From a virus, in the IMG/VR virus record IMGVR_UViG_3300044653_000098, positions 1-64,000 of that record: DNA of 64,000 bases; one strand, 5' to 3'. The first letter of the stretch is position 1. Each line of letters opens with the position of its first letter. Below the pieces are notes generated by a model. It did not search any database, was not told the DNA's origin, and worked only from the letters and a program-made list of their open reading frames with translations. The translations under genes were made by a program, and so were the position numbers. Shown one piece after another: positions 34,716 to 44,672 of this stretch.

Positions 34716-37700
34716 ATGGCCACAGGAATAGGCACCACCACCCCGAGCATCCCCGAGCTGATCCCGGCTCCGGTCCAGACCTCCCAGCCGGGCCCGGGCG
34801 AGCCTGGCGGTCCCGGCGGCCCGGGGGGTTCCGCAGCCCCCGGCCTGGGCTCCGGTTACGAGATAGCTATTCGTGCGGCCCCGGACTACAGCACGCTCAT
34901 GGCGGTGCTGCCGAGATACGAGTCGCTTCAGTTCACCAAGATGCTGAACGACAAGGGCTCTGGCTCTGCGGTGTCCAACCTGGACGACGAGTGGTTCGAG
35001 ACCGCCACGCTCGCGCTCCCCGCCCCGACCGCCCCGGTGGTCATCGCCCAGGGCAGCTCCGACGCGACGGCGGACGTGTTCACCGCTGACGTCCAGACCT
35101 CCGCGGTGCAGGGCAGCGCGGTCACGGTCGTGTCCAGCGCGAGCGGGACAAACACCCCCATCACCTGCCAGGACACCGAAGGCAACATCTATCTCAACAC
35201 CCTGGCCCGGCTGCTGTCGTCCAACCCCTACTTCGAGCAGGCCGGCGCCGGGTCGGCGGCCAGCTGGAGCGGCTTCAACTGCACGCTCACCTCCCAGGCG
35301 CTGACCGGCTTGCCGGTGCCTTACGGAGCCCTGCTGACGGTGACCACGGCAGGGTGCGCGTGCGAAGGCAGCCCGGCCAAGTTCACGATCACGCCGGGCG
35401 CTTCCTACCTCGTCACCGCGCTGGTCTGGCTGCCCGCCGCGGGCACCGTCGTCCTCGGGGCCGACTGGGATACCAGCCTCGGGGTCTACGTCTCGACCAG
35501 CACTAACAACATCTCCGTGGAGGCGGAGACCTGGACAGCGATCGGGACGGTGATCACCGCCCCGGGCAGCGGCGTGGGCAAGGCGTACCCGCGGCTCGGC
35601 TACTCCACCAGCGTGGCGGCCGGGGGCACCATGCAGCTCACCGCGCTGGCGATGCAGCCCGCGGCCAGCATGCAGGTCTTCCAGGCTCTGAACATCACCG
35701 TGCTCACCCTGAATGATGCCATCAGCGTCACCTACGCGGCTGACGTCGCTCAGCAGACCAACCTCATTGCGGTGAACATGGCCGGGATCCAGCCGCAGAG
35801 CGCGGTCGACGTCGCTGTGGGTGCCTCCGGCACCTCTGCGCACGCCACTGCCACGGGCACCCCGTCCGAGTTCGGCGAGCTGGGCCTGTTCTTCGTCAAC
35901 AACGCTGCGGCCGGAGGCTCTCCTTCGGTGCCCGCGAACTGGAGCAGGCTGACGCAGCTGGCCGGGACTGGCCGGGGCGAGGCCCAGCGGCTGATGATCG
36001 GGCTCTACAACTACCCGCCCAGCGCCTTCTGGACAGCAGCAATTGATGCAGCGCCCACGACCGCCATCATCATTGCCAATGTGGACAGCGGCCCGGGCGC
36101 TGGCCAGGAGTCGAACTTCCTGGCTGTCTACCAGGAGGCAGCGGCCGCGGGCATCACCCTGGCCGGCTATGTGTCCACGAACTACGGCGCGGTCAGCCAG
36201 ACGGCCCTGCAGAACCAGATCCAGCAGTGGAATGATTATTACGGAATCACCAGCATATTCTTTGATACAGTCAACCCGGCTGCGGATTACGTCGACTACT
36301 ACCAGGAAGCTGTGCAGTATGTGCACGCGCAGCCGGGCGGCGCTGAGGCGATAGTTATTCTCAACCCGGGGTCTCCGCCAACGCAGGCGCTGTTCGGGGT
36401 GATTGGCGAGAACGACATCATTCAGGTCTGCGAAGATAGCTATGCCAACTTCGCCGGGGATGGAGCGCTCGCTCCCGCGTGGCTATTTGATGAAAGTTCC
36501 GCGAACATAGCGATCACCGTCAACCAGTGCCCGAACAGCACGGATATGACCACTGCGCTGGGGATCGCTGCCAGCGACTTCAATGCGGGGTACGTGTGGA
36601 TCACCGCTGATGCAATCTACAACGCCGAGCCCAGCTACTTCGCCGCGGAGGTCTCCGCGCTCGCGGGCACCGGCACGACCGAGCAGTACACCACGGTCTA
36701 CTACTCCGAGCTGACCAGCGATGCTGCGCAGTCTCCCTCGGCCACCATCACCAGTGCTGCCTGGCAGGCGCAGCTGCTCACCCTGGAGGGCACCGGCACC
36801 GCGCCGGCCTCCACGCTGTGGGACAACGAGCACCTGTGGCAGGTCTTGCTCGACGGCATTGTCGTCTTCGAGTTCTTTGCCGAAACGATAACCGAGCAGC
36901 AGGTCGACCAGAGCGAGCAGAGAAACGTCACCACCACCGGCCCCGGAACGATAACCGCATTGTCGTGGGCGGCTGCGATGCCTCCCGGATTTCCCAACAT
37001 CATTTTCAAGTGCGATGCAATCCAGGACGGCTTCGCAGAAATTGATGAGAATGGGAACCTGGAGGTCGACACCAGCCTGTGGAACATCATCAGCCCGACC
37101 GACATGGTCACGCTGAACCCGTCCGGCACGCTGCAGCTCACCGCCTCGCAAGATACAACCTATTGCGGTGCCACTCCCTACGACCTGACCGAGTCGCTGA
37201 TCTCTGCGCAGATAGCACCGCTCGGCCAGGGCACGGAGAACAGCACCGACATCACCGTGGCGCTCGACGGCTCCCAGGTCACGCAGTTCTATATCCAGAG
37301 CAACGCCAGCGCAGGCGACTATATTTTGATGGGAGTCACCGCGGCGGGCATCTACTGCCAGCTCGGGGACACCGAGTCCGGCACCCAGACCAAGGAACTC
37401 GGCGCCTACAACTCCCAGACCCAGCTGTACTGGCAGATGAGTGCCGACTACCTGGATGCTGACTCCGGCGCGGTGCAGGTCACCTTCTGGACCTCCGCAG
37501 ATGGGCAGACGTACACCCCGGTGTGGGTGGTGAACCCGAGCTGGGTGCCCGACAACGTCACGGTGTTCTTCGCCTGTTCTTACGATCAGAACAACAGCCA
37601 GGTGATGAGCATCACCAATGTGAACGGCAACGTCGTCACGCCGAGCAGCAGCGGCAACATCTACTTCGGTGAGCCGATCATGGCTGTCTGGGATGCGATC

Positions 37701-40361
37701 TTCACCGCGGCGCAGGGCCGGGGCACCATCCCGTTCGTCACCACCGCGCTGGACGGGGCGACCGACAGCTTCGGCAACCCCTGGACCGACAGCGAGAGTG
37801 TGCAGATCGAGAACGGCACCGACCTGTACTCGCTGCTGCAGTCCCACACCGCGATTGTCGACGCCGACTACCTCATGCAGCCCGGCTTTGTGCTGCAGGT
37901 GGGCCTGCCGGTGGAGGGCTCGATCACCCTCGGTGTCGACCGCAGCGAGCAGGTGGTATTCCGCGAGGGGCAGTGGATTCAGCAGAAGCAGTACACCCGC
38001 GACCGCAGCCAGATCGCCAACCTCGATGGCGGGGTCAACAGCGACGGCACCACGGTCAGCGCCTCGGACGAGGACTCCATCCTGGAGTGGGGGCAGCGCG
38101 AGGGGTGGGTGCAGACCGCGGTCCAGGTCAACCCGCAGTCCATGGAGATCGCTGTCCAGGCGAGCGTGCAGCAGACCGCGGATGAGGTGGAGAGCTACAC
38201 CATCCAGGTCGACCCGGCCCAGCCCGGCTGCAGTGCGTGGAAGGACTACAACGTCGGGGACTGGATCGGCCTGGAAGCTCCGGGGCCCGAGCCCGGCGGC
38301 CCGGACTTCAGCGCGAACTTTGTCTCGGCCGTCCGCGTCACCGCGATTGCCATCTCGGTCGACGCCACCGGCCTGGTTACCTGCCAGCTCACCCTCATGA
38401 CCTACCTGCAGTGGCTCCAGGAGCAGCTGCAGTACCTGGTGAACAAGATGGGCGGGCAGTTCATCAACTCGCTCGGCACCACCCCGGTCACCAGCTCGGC
38501 CAACGGCGTGCCGACGCAGCTGCCGACGATCTTCGCCCCGAATATCAACGGGCTCAACGGCGCCAATGTGCTCGGCACCACGGGCATCCCGAACGGGGCG
38601 CAGCTGGTCTACAACGCCATCACCGGGCAGTGGCAGGCCGCGTCCAGCCAGGACCCGGTCACCGGGTCCACGCTCAGCCCGACCGGCGCGAACCTGTCGA
38701 CGCTGCAGTACAGCACGCCGCAGGCGAGTCAGGGCAACCTGATCGCCTCGATCAGCAACGCCGGCGGCACCGACCCGACCGGCAACGCGTATCTGCCTGG
38801 CGTGGTGAGCTACGGCTCGACGGAGAGCCAGACCATCCAGCTCTACATGGGGCAGGTGGCGATCGGGCAGGCGCCGGGAACCCAGATCGTGCTCAACCCC
38901 GATGCTAACCAGGTCTTCAACATCACCACGGCGATTGCCGGGACGTTGCAGGCCATCGCTGAGTTCACCACCAACGACACGAACGAGGTGCTGCCGGGCG
39001 TCGCGGGCTCGCTGGTGCTCAACCCGGGCGCGTCCCAGAAGATGGCTACTGCGCTGACCAGCCCGCTGAACGGCAACTCCGCGGCCGCCGTGGTGCTGGA
39101 GACCGAGAACGATGCTGGCACCGACACCCCGGTGATCACCTTCGGTCAGGTCACCACCCCGGACGACTCGACGTTCGTTTTCACCCCGACCGCCACGCTC
39201 ACCCCGTGGGCGTTCCTGCTCTACGGCGGCGAGGGCGGCACGGTCGTGGAGACGATTGACGGGGCTGCCTCCGGCAACTGGCCGGTCCCCGGCACAGTGT
39301 CGCAGGTCAAGGCCGAGGTCTGGGGCCCTGCCGCTGGCGGTGGCGGGTCGAACCACAGCTTCTGGACCGTCCAGGCCGGAGGCGGCTCGGGCGGTGGTGC
39401 TTACTCGTGCGAGCCGGCCCTGGCCGTCACCCCGTTGGGCACCTGCCCGTATGTGCTGCCCGCAGGCGGGGCCGGGGGCGTCGGGTCGACTGGCTCGCCG
39501 GGCCAGCCCGCGGCCGCCACGTTCCAGGGCTTCGCAGTTACGGTCACTGCGGATGCCGGGCTGGTCGGTGCGGGCAGCGCCTCGCCGGGCAATGGGCAGG
39601 GTGGTCTCGGAGGTGCCGCCTCCGGCAACACGATCAGCTACCCCGGCGGAAACGGGGCCGACGGCGGATACAACGATGGCGGCGGTGGTGGCGGCGCTGC
39701 TGGTACAGGTGGCCCGGGCGGTGGCGGAGCGGTCAATGGCGGCGGGTCTCCGGGTACTGGCGGAGGCAAGGGCGGGAACGGCGGTGTCAGCGGCGGCCCG
39801 GGAAACGGGGGCAGCGGCAGTGCGCCTGGTGGTGGTGCCGGAGGCGCGGCCGGGACGTCCGCGAGCGGTACGACGACCGGAGGCAACGGCGCGGCCGCCC
39901 GGGCCCGGATCACCTACACCACCGGGGCCCCGGACATCATGGCCAGCTTCGCGGTCGCTGCGGGCACCGACCAGTTCGGCAACACCTACCCAGCCGGGAC
40001 AGTGCTGGCCGGGGCCGACACGGGCTGGACCTACGTCGGAACTGGCGGGGCCCCGGCGTTCGGCTCGGGCTGGAGCAATACCGGAAGCAGCAACGCCCCG
40101 ATGGCGTACAAGAACATCGGGCAGAACACGGTGCTGGTCATCGGGGTGGTTAACAACGGAACTGCTAGCAACACCACCCAGATTTTTACCCTGCCTACTG
40201 CCTACCGCCCCCTGACTCAGCAAGCGTTCCCGACAATCGAGATAACCAACGTCTACGGTAACTCTGTGGTCGTCCAGACCAACGGTGAGGTGAAGATGTA
40301 TAGTGCTGCGGGTGCTGGCACCTACTTCATAGGATTCACCTACAGCCTGGATATCACCTAG
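34716..40361 (+). CDS. large minor tail/baseplate-hub protein with CBM-like, spherulin-4 (GH135-like) and glycine-rich domains
   Basis: 1881 aa; GH135-like motifs at about 35990-36660; Gly-rich segment at about 39300-39900; C-terminal 'IFTLPTAYRP'. Confidence 0.75.
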   Translation: MATGIGTTTPSIPELIPAPVQTSQPGPGEPGGPGGPGGSAAPGLGSGYEIAIRAAPDYSTLMAVLPRYESLQFTKMLNDKGSGSAVSNLDDEWFETATLALPAPTAPVVIAQGSSDATADVFTADVQTSAVQGSAVTVVSSASGTNTPITCQDTEGNIYLNTLARLLSSNPYFEQAGAGSAASWSGFNCTLTSQALTGLPVPYGALLTVTTAGCACEGSPAKFTITPGASYLVTALVWLPAAGTVVLGADWDTSLGVYVSTSTNNISVEAETWTAIGTVITAPGSGVGKAYPRLGYSTSVAAGGTMQLTALAMQPAASMQVFQALNITVLTLNDAISVTYAADVAQQTNLIAVNMAGIQPQSAVDVAVGASGTSAHATATGTPSEFGELGLFFVNNAAAGGSPSVPANWSRLTQLAGTGRGEAQRLMIGLYNYPPSAFWTAAIDAAPTTAIIIANVDSGPGAGQESNFLAVYQEAAAAGITLAGYVSTNYGAVSQTALQNQIQQWNDYYGITSIFFDTVNPAADYVDYYQEAVQYVHAQPGGAEAIVILNPGSPPTQALFGVIGENDIIQVCEDSYANFAGDGALAPAWLFDESSANIAITVNQCPNSTDMTTALGIAASDFNAGYVWITADAIYNAEPSYFAAEVSALAGTGTTEQYTTVYYSELTSDAAQSPSATITSAAWQAQLLTLEGTGTAPASTLWDNEHLWQVLLDGIVVFEFFAETITEQQVDQSEQRNVTTTGPGTITALSWAAAMPPGFPNIIFKCDAIQDGFAEIDENGNLEVDTSLWNIISPTDMVTLNPSGTLQLTASQDTTYCGATPYDLTESLISAQIAPLGQGTENSTDITVALDGSQVTQFYIQSNASAGDYILMGVTAAGIYCQLGDTESGTQTKELGAYNSQTQLYWQMSADYLDADSGAVQVTFWTSADGQTYTPVWVVNPSWVPDNVTVFFACSYDQNNSQVMSITNVNGNVVTPSSSGNIYFGEPIMAVWDAIFTAAQGRGTIPFVTTALDGATDSFGNPWTDSESVQIENGTDLYSLLQSHTAIVDADYLMQPGFVLQVGLPVEGSITLGVDRSEQVVFREGQWIQQKQYTRDRSQIANLDGGVNSDGTTVSASDEDSILEWGQREGWVQTAVQVNPQSMEIAVQASVQQTADEVESYTIQVDPAQPGCSAWKDYNVGDWIGLEAPGPEPGGPDFSANFVSAVRVTAIAISVDATGLVTCQLTLMTYLQWLQEQLQYLVNKMGGQFINSLGTTPVTSSANGVPTQLPTIFAPNINGLNGANVLGTTGIPNGAQLVYNAITGQWQAASSQDPVTGSTLSPTGANLSTLQYSTPQASQGNLIASISNAGGTDPTGNAYLPGVVSYGSTESQTIQLYMGQVAIGQAPGTQIVLNPDANQVFNITTAIAGTLQAIAEFTTNDTNEVLPGVAGSLVLNPGASQKMATALTSPLNGNSAAAVVLETENDAGTDTPVITFGQVTTPDDSTFVFTPTATLTPWAFLLYGGEGGTVVETIDGAASGNWPVPGTVSQVKAEVWGPAAGGGGSNHSFWTVQAGGGSGGGAYSCEPALAVTPLGTCPYVLPAGGAGGVGSTGSPGQPAAATFQGFAVTVTADAGLVGAGSASPGNGQGGLGGAASGNTISYPGGNGADGGYNDGGGGGGAAGTGGPGGGGAVNGGGSPGTGGGKGGNGGVSGGPGNGGSGSAPGGGAGGAAGTSASGTTTGGNGAAARARITYTTGAPDIMASFAVAAGTDQFGNTYPAGTVLAGADTGWTYVGTGGAPAFGSGWSNTGSSNAPMAYKNIGQNTVLVIGVVNNGTASNTTQIFTLPTAYRPLTQQAFPTIEITNVYGNSVVVQTNGEVKMYSAAGAGTYFIGFTYSLDIT

Positions 40362-40375
40362 CAGAGAGTGAAGCG

Positions 40376-40666
40376 ATGCCTCTTACAAGTGATTCAAACC
40401 TGCAGATCAGCATCCAGAATGTCCAGTATCAGTTCTTCACGCCAGATGGTCCTAGTGGTTTGGTTATTACTCTGCCGTTTCCTGAGGAGGCTACCGACAC
40501 CACCTACTGGGACAGCTTGGCTTACACGATCGCTGACGCACTCAATGGGGTAGAGAGCTGGGGCGGCTTGCAAGACTTCATAGTCAAGAACTTCGGCGGG
40601 AGTGATGTCGATAACGCACTGGGCGGGAATGGCTTCAGTGATCCGAATCTTCCCTACCCGGAGTGA
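40376..40666 (+). CDS. hypothetical acidic protein
   Basis: 96 aa; visibly lower GC than neighbours. Confidence 0.55.
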   Translation: MPLTSDSNLQISIQNVQYQFFTPDGPSGLVITLPFPEEATDTTYWDSLAYTIADALNGVESWGGLQDFIVKNFGGSDVDNALGGNGFSDPNLPYPE

Positions 40667-40680
40667 CGGGTATATAGATC

Positions 40681-41112
40681 ATGCCGGTAACCGACAGCGG
40701 ATCGGCCGTGTTCGGCCAGATGCTTGCCCGCGGCTCGCGGATCGGCCTTGGCGTGGGGGCCGGGGAGAACCCGGAGGACCGCGGCGCGGCCGCGCTGGGC
40801 GGGGACGGCAGCCCGCACTCCGCGTGGTACCGGCCCGCCGACACCGGCTTCCCGCAGCTTCAGGCTGATGGAACCATGATGCTGCGCGTCAGCTTCGACC
40901 CGGACGAGGCCAACTTCCTGTGGCGGGAGTACTGCATCTTCGTCACCACCGGGAAGATGACTCCGCACCACACCCTGGCCGAGGTGGCCAGCGGTGCGGT
41001 CATGCTCAGCCGCCGGTCGCCTGCGGCGCCGCTGCACGGCGAGGCCAAGACCCGGGAGAGCTGGCGGACGTGGGTGCTGCAGGTGCCCGTAAGGTTCACC
41101 GCACCCGATTAA
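40681..41112 (+). CDS. minor tail protein
   Basis: 'F...EANF.W.E' and 'KT....W.L' motif of small tail proteins. Confidence 0.6.
   Translation: MPVTDSGSAVFGQMLARGSRIGLGVGAGENPEDRGAAALGGDGSPHSAWYRPADTGFPQLQADGTMMLRVSFDPDEANFLWREYCIFVTTGKMTPHHTLAEVASGAVMLSRRSPAAPLHGEAKTRESWRTWVLQVPVRFTAPD
41104..41111 (+). promoter_or_regulatory. putative late promoter -10 (CCCGATTA), leaderless
   Basis: Ends 7 nt before GTG 41119; no SD. Confidence 0.6.
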
Positions 41113-41118
41113 TCCCGT

Positions 41119-44100
41119 GTGGCCCTGTCCAGTGTTGAGCTGACGCTTGATGTCTACGGTGGCTCTGGTCAGTCCATCACGCAGGGCACGGCGTTCTTCT
41201 CCCCCACGTCCTCCCTGACCGACACCACAGATCATGAGTTCATCTGGCAGACCCCCATCCCGGTGGCGCTGGAGCCTCCGGAAGGTGCAGCTGAGGACTG
41301 GCTGCCGACGGTCAGCCTGTACTCGACGGATTCGACCAACCTGAGCCCGGCTGGCTGGGCATGGACCGTCACCTTTGATGCTCCAGGAGCCCCGGAGCCG
41401 TTCAGTTTCTTCCTGCCGTACTCGGCCGGCGGCAGCCAGTACCTGTCCGAGCAGGCTCCGTATTACACCTCCCCGGTCCTCTACGGGTACATCCCGCTGC
41501 CGCCGGGCACACCGTCCGCCGGGCAGGTTCCCACCGCCACGGGCGTGGGGTCGGAGACCGTCTGGGGAGCGACCGGCTCGACGGGGCTGCCGCTTCCTGC
41601 GGGCACGGCTCAGGCCGGGTACGTGCCTGTAGCCACCGGGGCTGGCTCGGCCTCGGAGTGGTTCCCCGGCGCAGGACTCGCGCCGCTCGGCGGCAGCGGC
41701 GACGACACAGCTAACATCCAGGGGCTGCTCAACCTTGGCGGCATGGCCGCCCTGCAGGCCCTGAGCTTCAACTTCTCGGCCCCGCTGACCGTGCCGACCG
41801 GCGGCGGGATTACCTGCCCGATCGTGGCCCAGTCGTTCGGTGACCCGGGAGCCAACTACGGGATCGGCGGCCTCGCGCTGCAGGGCTGCATCCTCAAGGC
41901 GTCCTCCTCTTTCGCCGATGCCAACTCCTCGACCGGCTGCATCGTCATGACCTCCCCGAACGGAGTACAGGGCGGAGGCCAGCGGCTGGAGGGCATCAGC
42001 CTGGACCTGTCGAACACGCCCAACGGCAACAACCTCCACGGTGTGCTGGTCCAGAACAACACGGCCTGTGTGACTCTCCGGGACGTCACGGTCTACGGCG
42101 GCAACGCCCAGCTCGGGGGCGACTGCCTGCATGCCGTGGCTTCGCTGTACCAGCCCCCGGACCTGCTGAATATGGCATTCTGCCACTTCGTCGGCGGGAC
42201 CGGCGGCGTGACCATGAGCGGGGTTGCTGACACCTACGTCACGGCGTGCGAGTCGACGGGCAACAAGAACTACGCCTGGAACATCATCAACGGGAACAAC
42301 ACGAGATTCCTCGGCTGCAAGGGCGAGACCTCGAATGCCGGGCCCGGCTGGCTGTTCACCGCTGACTCAGGCTTCACTGGCGTGGTTCACCTCGCGCTGT
42401 GCACGAGCCAGAGCAACTACGGGGATGGGTTCAAGTTCACGGGGCTGGGAACCGGCACTTACCAGCTGATCGCCTGCTCCGATGATGGCTCCGGGGTCAA
42501 CGGAGGCTCTGGCGGTGGCAGCTACTCGGGGCTGAACGTCACCAGCTTCTCCGGCACGGTCGAGGCTACCGGCTGGAACACGCGGGTCAGCTCGGCTACG
42601 ACCAGCCCTGAGTATGGCGTGTCCATGACCAGCAGCAACACGCTGATCCTGACCAACGCCAACCTGGCTGGTGCGACCTCCCTGATCCATAACGGTGGCG
42701 GGAACATCAGCCTGCAGACTCCGTACAGCGGCCCGGGCCTGGCGCCGAGCGGGGACATCACCGGGGCTACGGACACAGCGGCTCTCCAGGCTGTGCTCAC
42801 CGCGGCCCCGGAAGGCAGCACTGTTTACCTGCAGGGTGGCATCTTCTACACGAATGCGCCGATCATTCACCCGCCGTGGGTGACCGTCATCGGCAACGGT
42901 GTGGTGCTCAACAACAGCTACCTGTCCGACAACCCCACAACGATCAAGCCGGTGGCTGCCTGGGCGCAGGGCAGCGCCGCAGTCGCCGCGGTCTGGCTGT
43001 CTGTGGACCAGACCACGGGCGGCTACGCGGCGGCGAGCGCGGGCCAGCAGCTCATCGGGGTCAACATCGATGGCTCGGCCGCCCCCTCCTCTGTGGACGG
43101 CTTCGACGTTTACGGCAACGTCGGCGGCGTCCAGATGGCGTATTGCTCAGCACAGTCGGTGACCGGCGGTGGCTTCAACTTCCTCTCCAGGTCCGGGAAC
43201 ATCCCGGACGGCCTGCGCCTCATTGGTCTTATGTCGGCCCGGGCCACCGGCAACAACTTCTTTTTCCAGGCCGCGGATGTGGTCGGCCACGACCTGCATG
43301 CGATCGGCAGCAATGCCGGTGACGGGTTCCGGATCATCACCTGTGCTAACAGCCACTTCTCGGACTGCCGCAGCGGCAACAACGCCGGGCACGGATGGAA
43401 CTTCGGCAACGGCACCGGCAGTGCGGCGCCGACCGGGTACATCTCGCTGCAGAACTGCAACAGCCAGCTGAACACCGAGGATGGCTGGTACGTCGACTGG
43501 ACGTCGGCTAACGGCGGCCACGTGCTCAACATGTCCGGCTGCACGTCGATCGGGGACGGAAACAACGGCGGCGCGGGCGGCGGCTCGTTCGGCGCGCTGA
43601 CGATCGTGCAGTCGACCGCGCCGATCCTGATGGACAACTTCGTCGTCATCAGCAACACCGGCACCGGGAACTGCCCGCAGTACGCGGTGAAAGCCACCAA
43701 CTGCGCCTACCTGCTGATCCGCTCCGGGATGCTCCAGGCATACAGCACCGTCTTCTACAACGGCGGGTCCAACGGCACCATTCTCATCGACCCCGGTGTG
43801 CTGACTGGCACCGGCTCGCCAACGGCACCGTCGTGGAACCCTCTCCCGGCAACGCTCAGCCCGGAGGCCCTGCCCTCCGACCACGGGTTCCTGGCGTGGA
43901 ACCTCGATCCGATGAAGGCGTCCGGCACCGGTCTCATGGTGTCCGAGACGCAGTACGTGCTCGGGGTTTTCATCCGGTCGCCCATGCTGGTGACGCACGT
44001 AACCATGGAGTCCACCGCGGGGGCGGCCGCGACCGGGTTCGTGGGTGCCGGCCTAGGTCTCTGCAGCTCTGCTGGCACGCTTCTCTCCGGCAGCGGCACG

Positions 44101-44379
44101 TCGGCATCTGTCTGGCAGACCACTGGCACGATGGAGTTCACTCTCACTACGCCGCAGCTCATCACCCCCGGTTTCTACTGGGTGATCTTCTTTGTGGAGA
44201 GCACTGGCACGATGCCTACGCTCAAGCAGAGTGGCGCTGGGAACGCAGCCAACCTGGGACTGAGCGCGTCCTCTTATCGCAGCTGCGTCAACGGGACTGC
44301 GGTCACCACTCTGGCTAGCATCACGCCGTCGGCAAACAGCCAGCTCAACCAGTTCCCGTTCCTGATAGCACTGTCGTGA
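41119..44379 (+). CDS. tail fibre/spike with two tandem pectate-lyase-like beta-helix domains
   Basis: 'GDDTANIQGLL' and 'ATDTAALQAVL' domain openers; repeated 'N..DG(F/W)' beta-helix rungs. Confidence 0.75.
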   Translation: MALSSVELTLDVYGGSGQSITQGTAFFSPTSSLTDTTDHEFIWQTPIPVALEPPEGAAEDWLPTVSLYSTDSTNLSPAGWAWTVTFDAPGAPEPFSFFLPYSAGGSQYLSEQAPYYTSPVLYGYIPLPPGTPSAGQVPTATGVGSETVWGATGSTGLPLPAGTAQAGYVPVATGAGSASEWFPGAGLAPLGGSGDDTANIQGLLNLGGMAALQALSFNFSAPLTVPTGGGITCPIVAQSFGDPGANYGIGGLALQGCILKASSSFADANSSTGCIVMTSPNGVQGGGQRLEGISLDLSNTPNGNNLHGVLVQNNTACVTLRDVTVYGGNAQLGGDCLHAVASLYQPPDLLNMAFCHFVGGTGGVTMSGVADTYVTACESTGNKNYAWNIINGNNTRFLGCKGETSNAGPGWLFTADSGFTGVVHLALCTSQSNYGDGFKFTGLGTGTYQLIACSDDGSGVNGGSGGGSYSGLNVTSFSGTVEATGWNTRVSSATTSPEYGVSMTSSNTLILTNANLAGATSLIHNGGGNISLQTPYSGPGLAPSGDITGATDTAALQAVLTAAPEGSTVYLQGGIFYTNAPIIHPPWVTVIGNGVVLNNSYLSDNPTTIKPVAAWAQGSAAVAAVWLSVDQTTGGYAAASAGQQLIGVNIDGSAAPSSVDGFDVYGNVGGVQMAYCSAQSVTGGGFNFLSRSGNIPDGLRLIGLMSARATGNNFFFQAADVVGHDLHAIGSNAGDGFRIITCANSHFSDCRSGNNAGHGWNFGNGTGSAAPTGYISLQNCNSQLNTEDGWYVDWTSANGGHVLNMSGCTSIGDGNNGGAGGGSFGALTIVQSTAPILMDNFVVISNTGTGNCPQYAVKATNCAYLLIRSGMLQAYSTVFYNGGSNGTILIDPGVLTGTGSPTAPSWNPLPATLSPEALPSDHGFLAWNLDPMKASGTGLMVSETQYVLGVFIRSPMLVTHVTMESTAGAAATGFVGAGLGLCSSAGTLLSGSGTSASVWQTTGTMEFTLTTPQLITPGFYWVIFFVESTGTMPTLKQSGAGNAANLGLSASSYRSCVNGTAVTTLASITPSANSQLNQFPFLIALS

Positions 44380-44634
44380 TCAGCTGGGAAGCTCCCGCAC
44401 AGGCGGCGGCCGCATCGGCCCGTGGAACTGCACGCCCTCCCCGCGGAACTCCCCCGGAGGGTCGTGGTCCAGGAATGCCCCGGGAGGAAACTTCAGCGCA
44501 TGTGCGCACCCGTGTTCAGCGCAGCGTGCCTGCACCACAAAGTCCCCGTCGTCGGCCTGTCCCCATTCCCAGCCGACCAGCTGGGCATCTTCGACGTCAA
44601 AGATGGGCAGGCACTCACCCTGGCCGCTGCTCAT
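44380..44634 (-). CDS. hypothetical protein, antisense within the tail module
   Basis: Fills the gap between the two fibre genes; better codon usage than the + strand alternatives. Confidence 0.5.
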   Translation of the reverse strand: MSSGQGECLPIFDVEDAQLVGWEWGQADDGDFVVQARCAEHGCAHALKFPPGAFLDHDPPGEFRGEGVQFHGPMRPPPVRELPS

Positions 44635-44657
44635 ACAGCCAGGGTAGGGGTCGCTGA

Positions 44658-44665
44658 CCCGATTA
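44658..44665 (+). promoter_or_regulatory. putative late promoter -10 (CCCGATTA), leaderless
   Basis: Ends 7 nt before ATG 44673; no SD. Confidence 0.6.
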
Positions 44666-44672
44666 ACCGTGC

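Noticed and set aside
25793-42186. Very long minus-strand ORFs (e.g. 27476-30241, 36483-40223, 40654-42186)
   Set aside because: Antisense shadows of high-GC3 tape measure and tail genes; Arg/Gly/Ala-rich with no motifs
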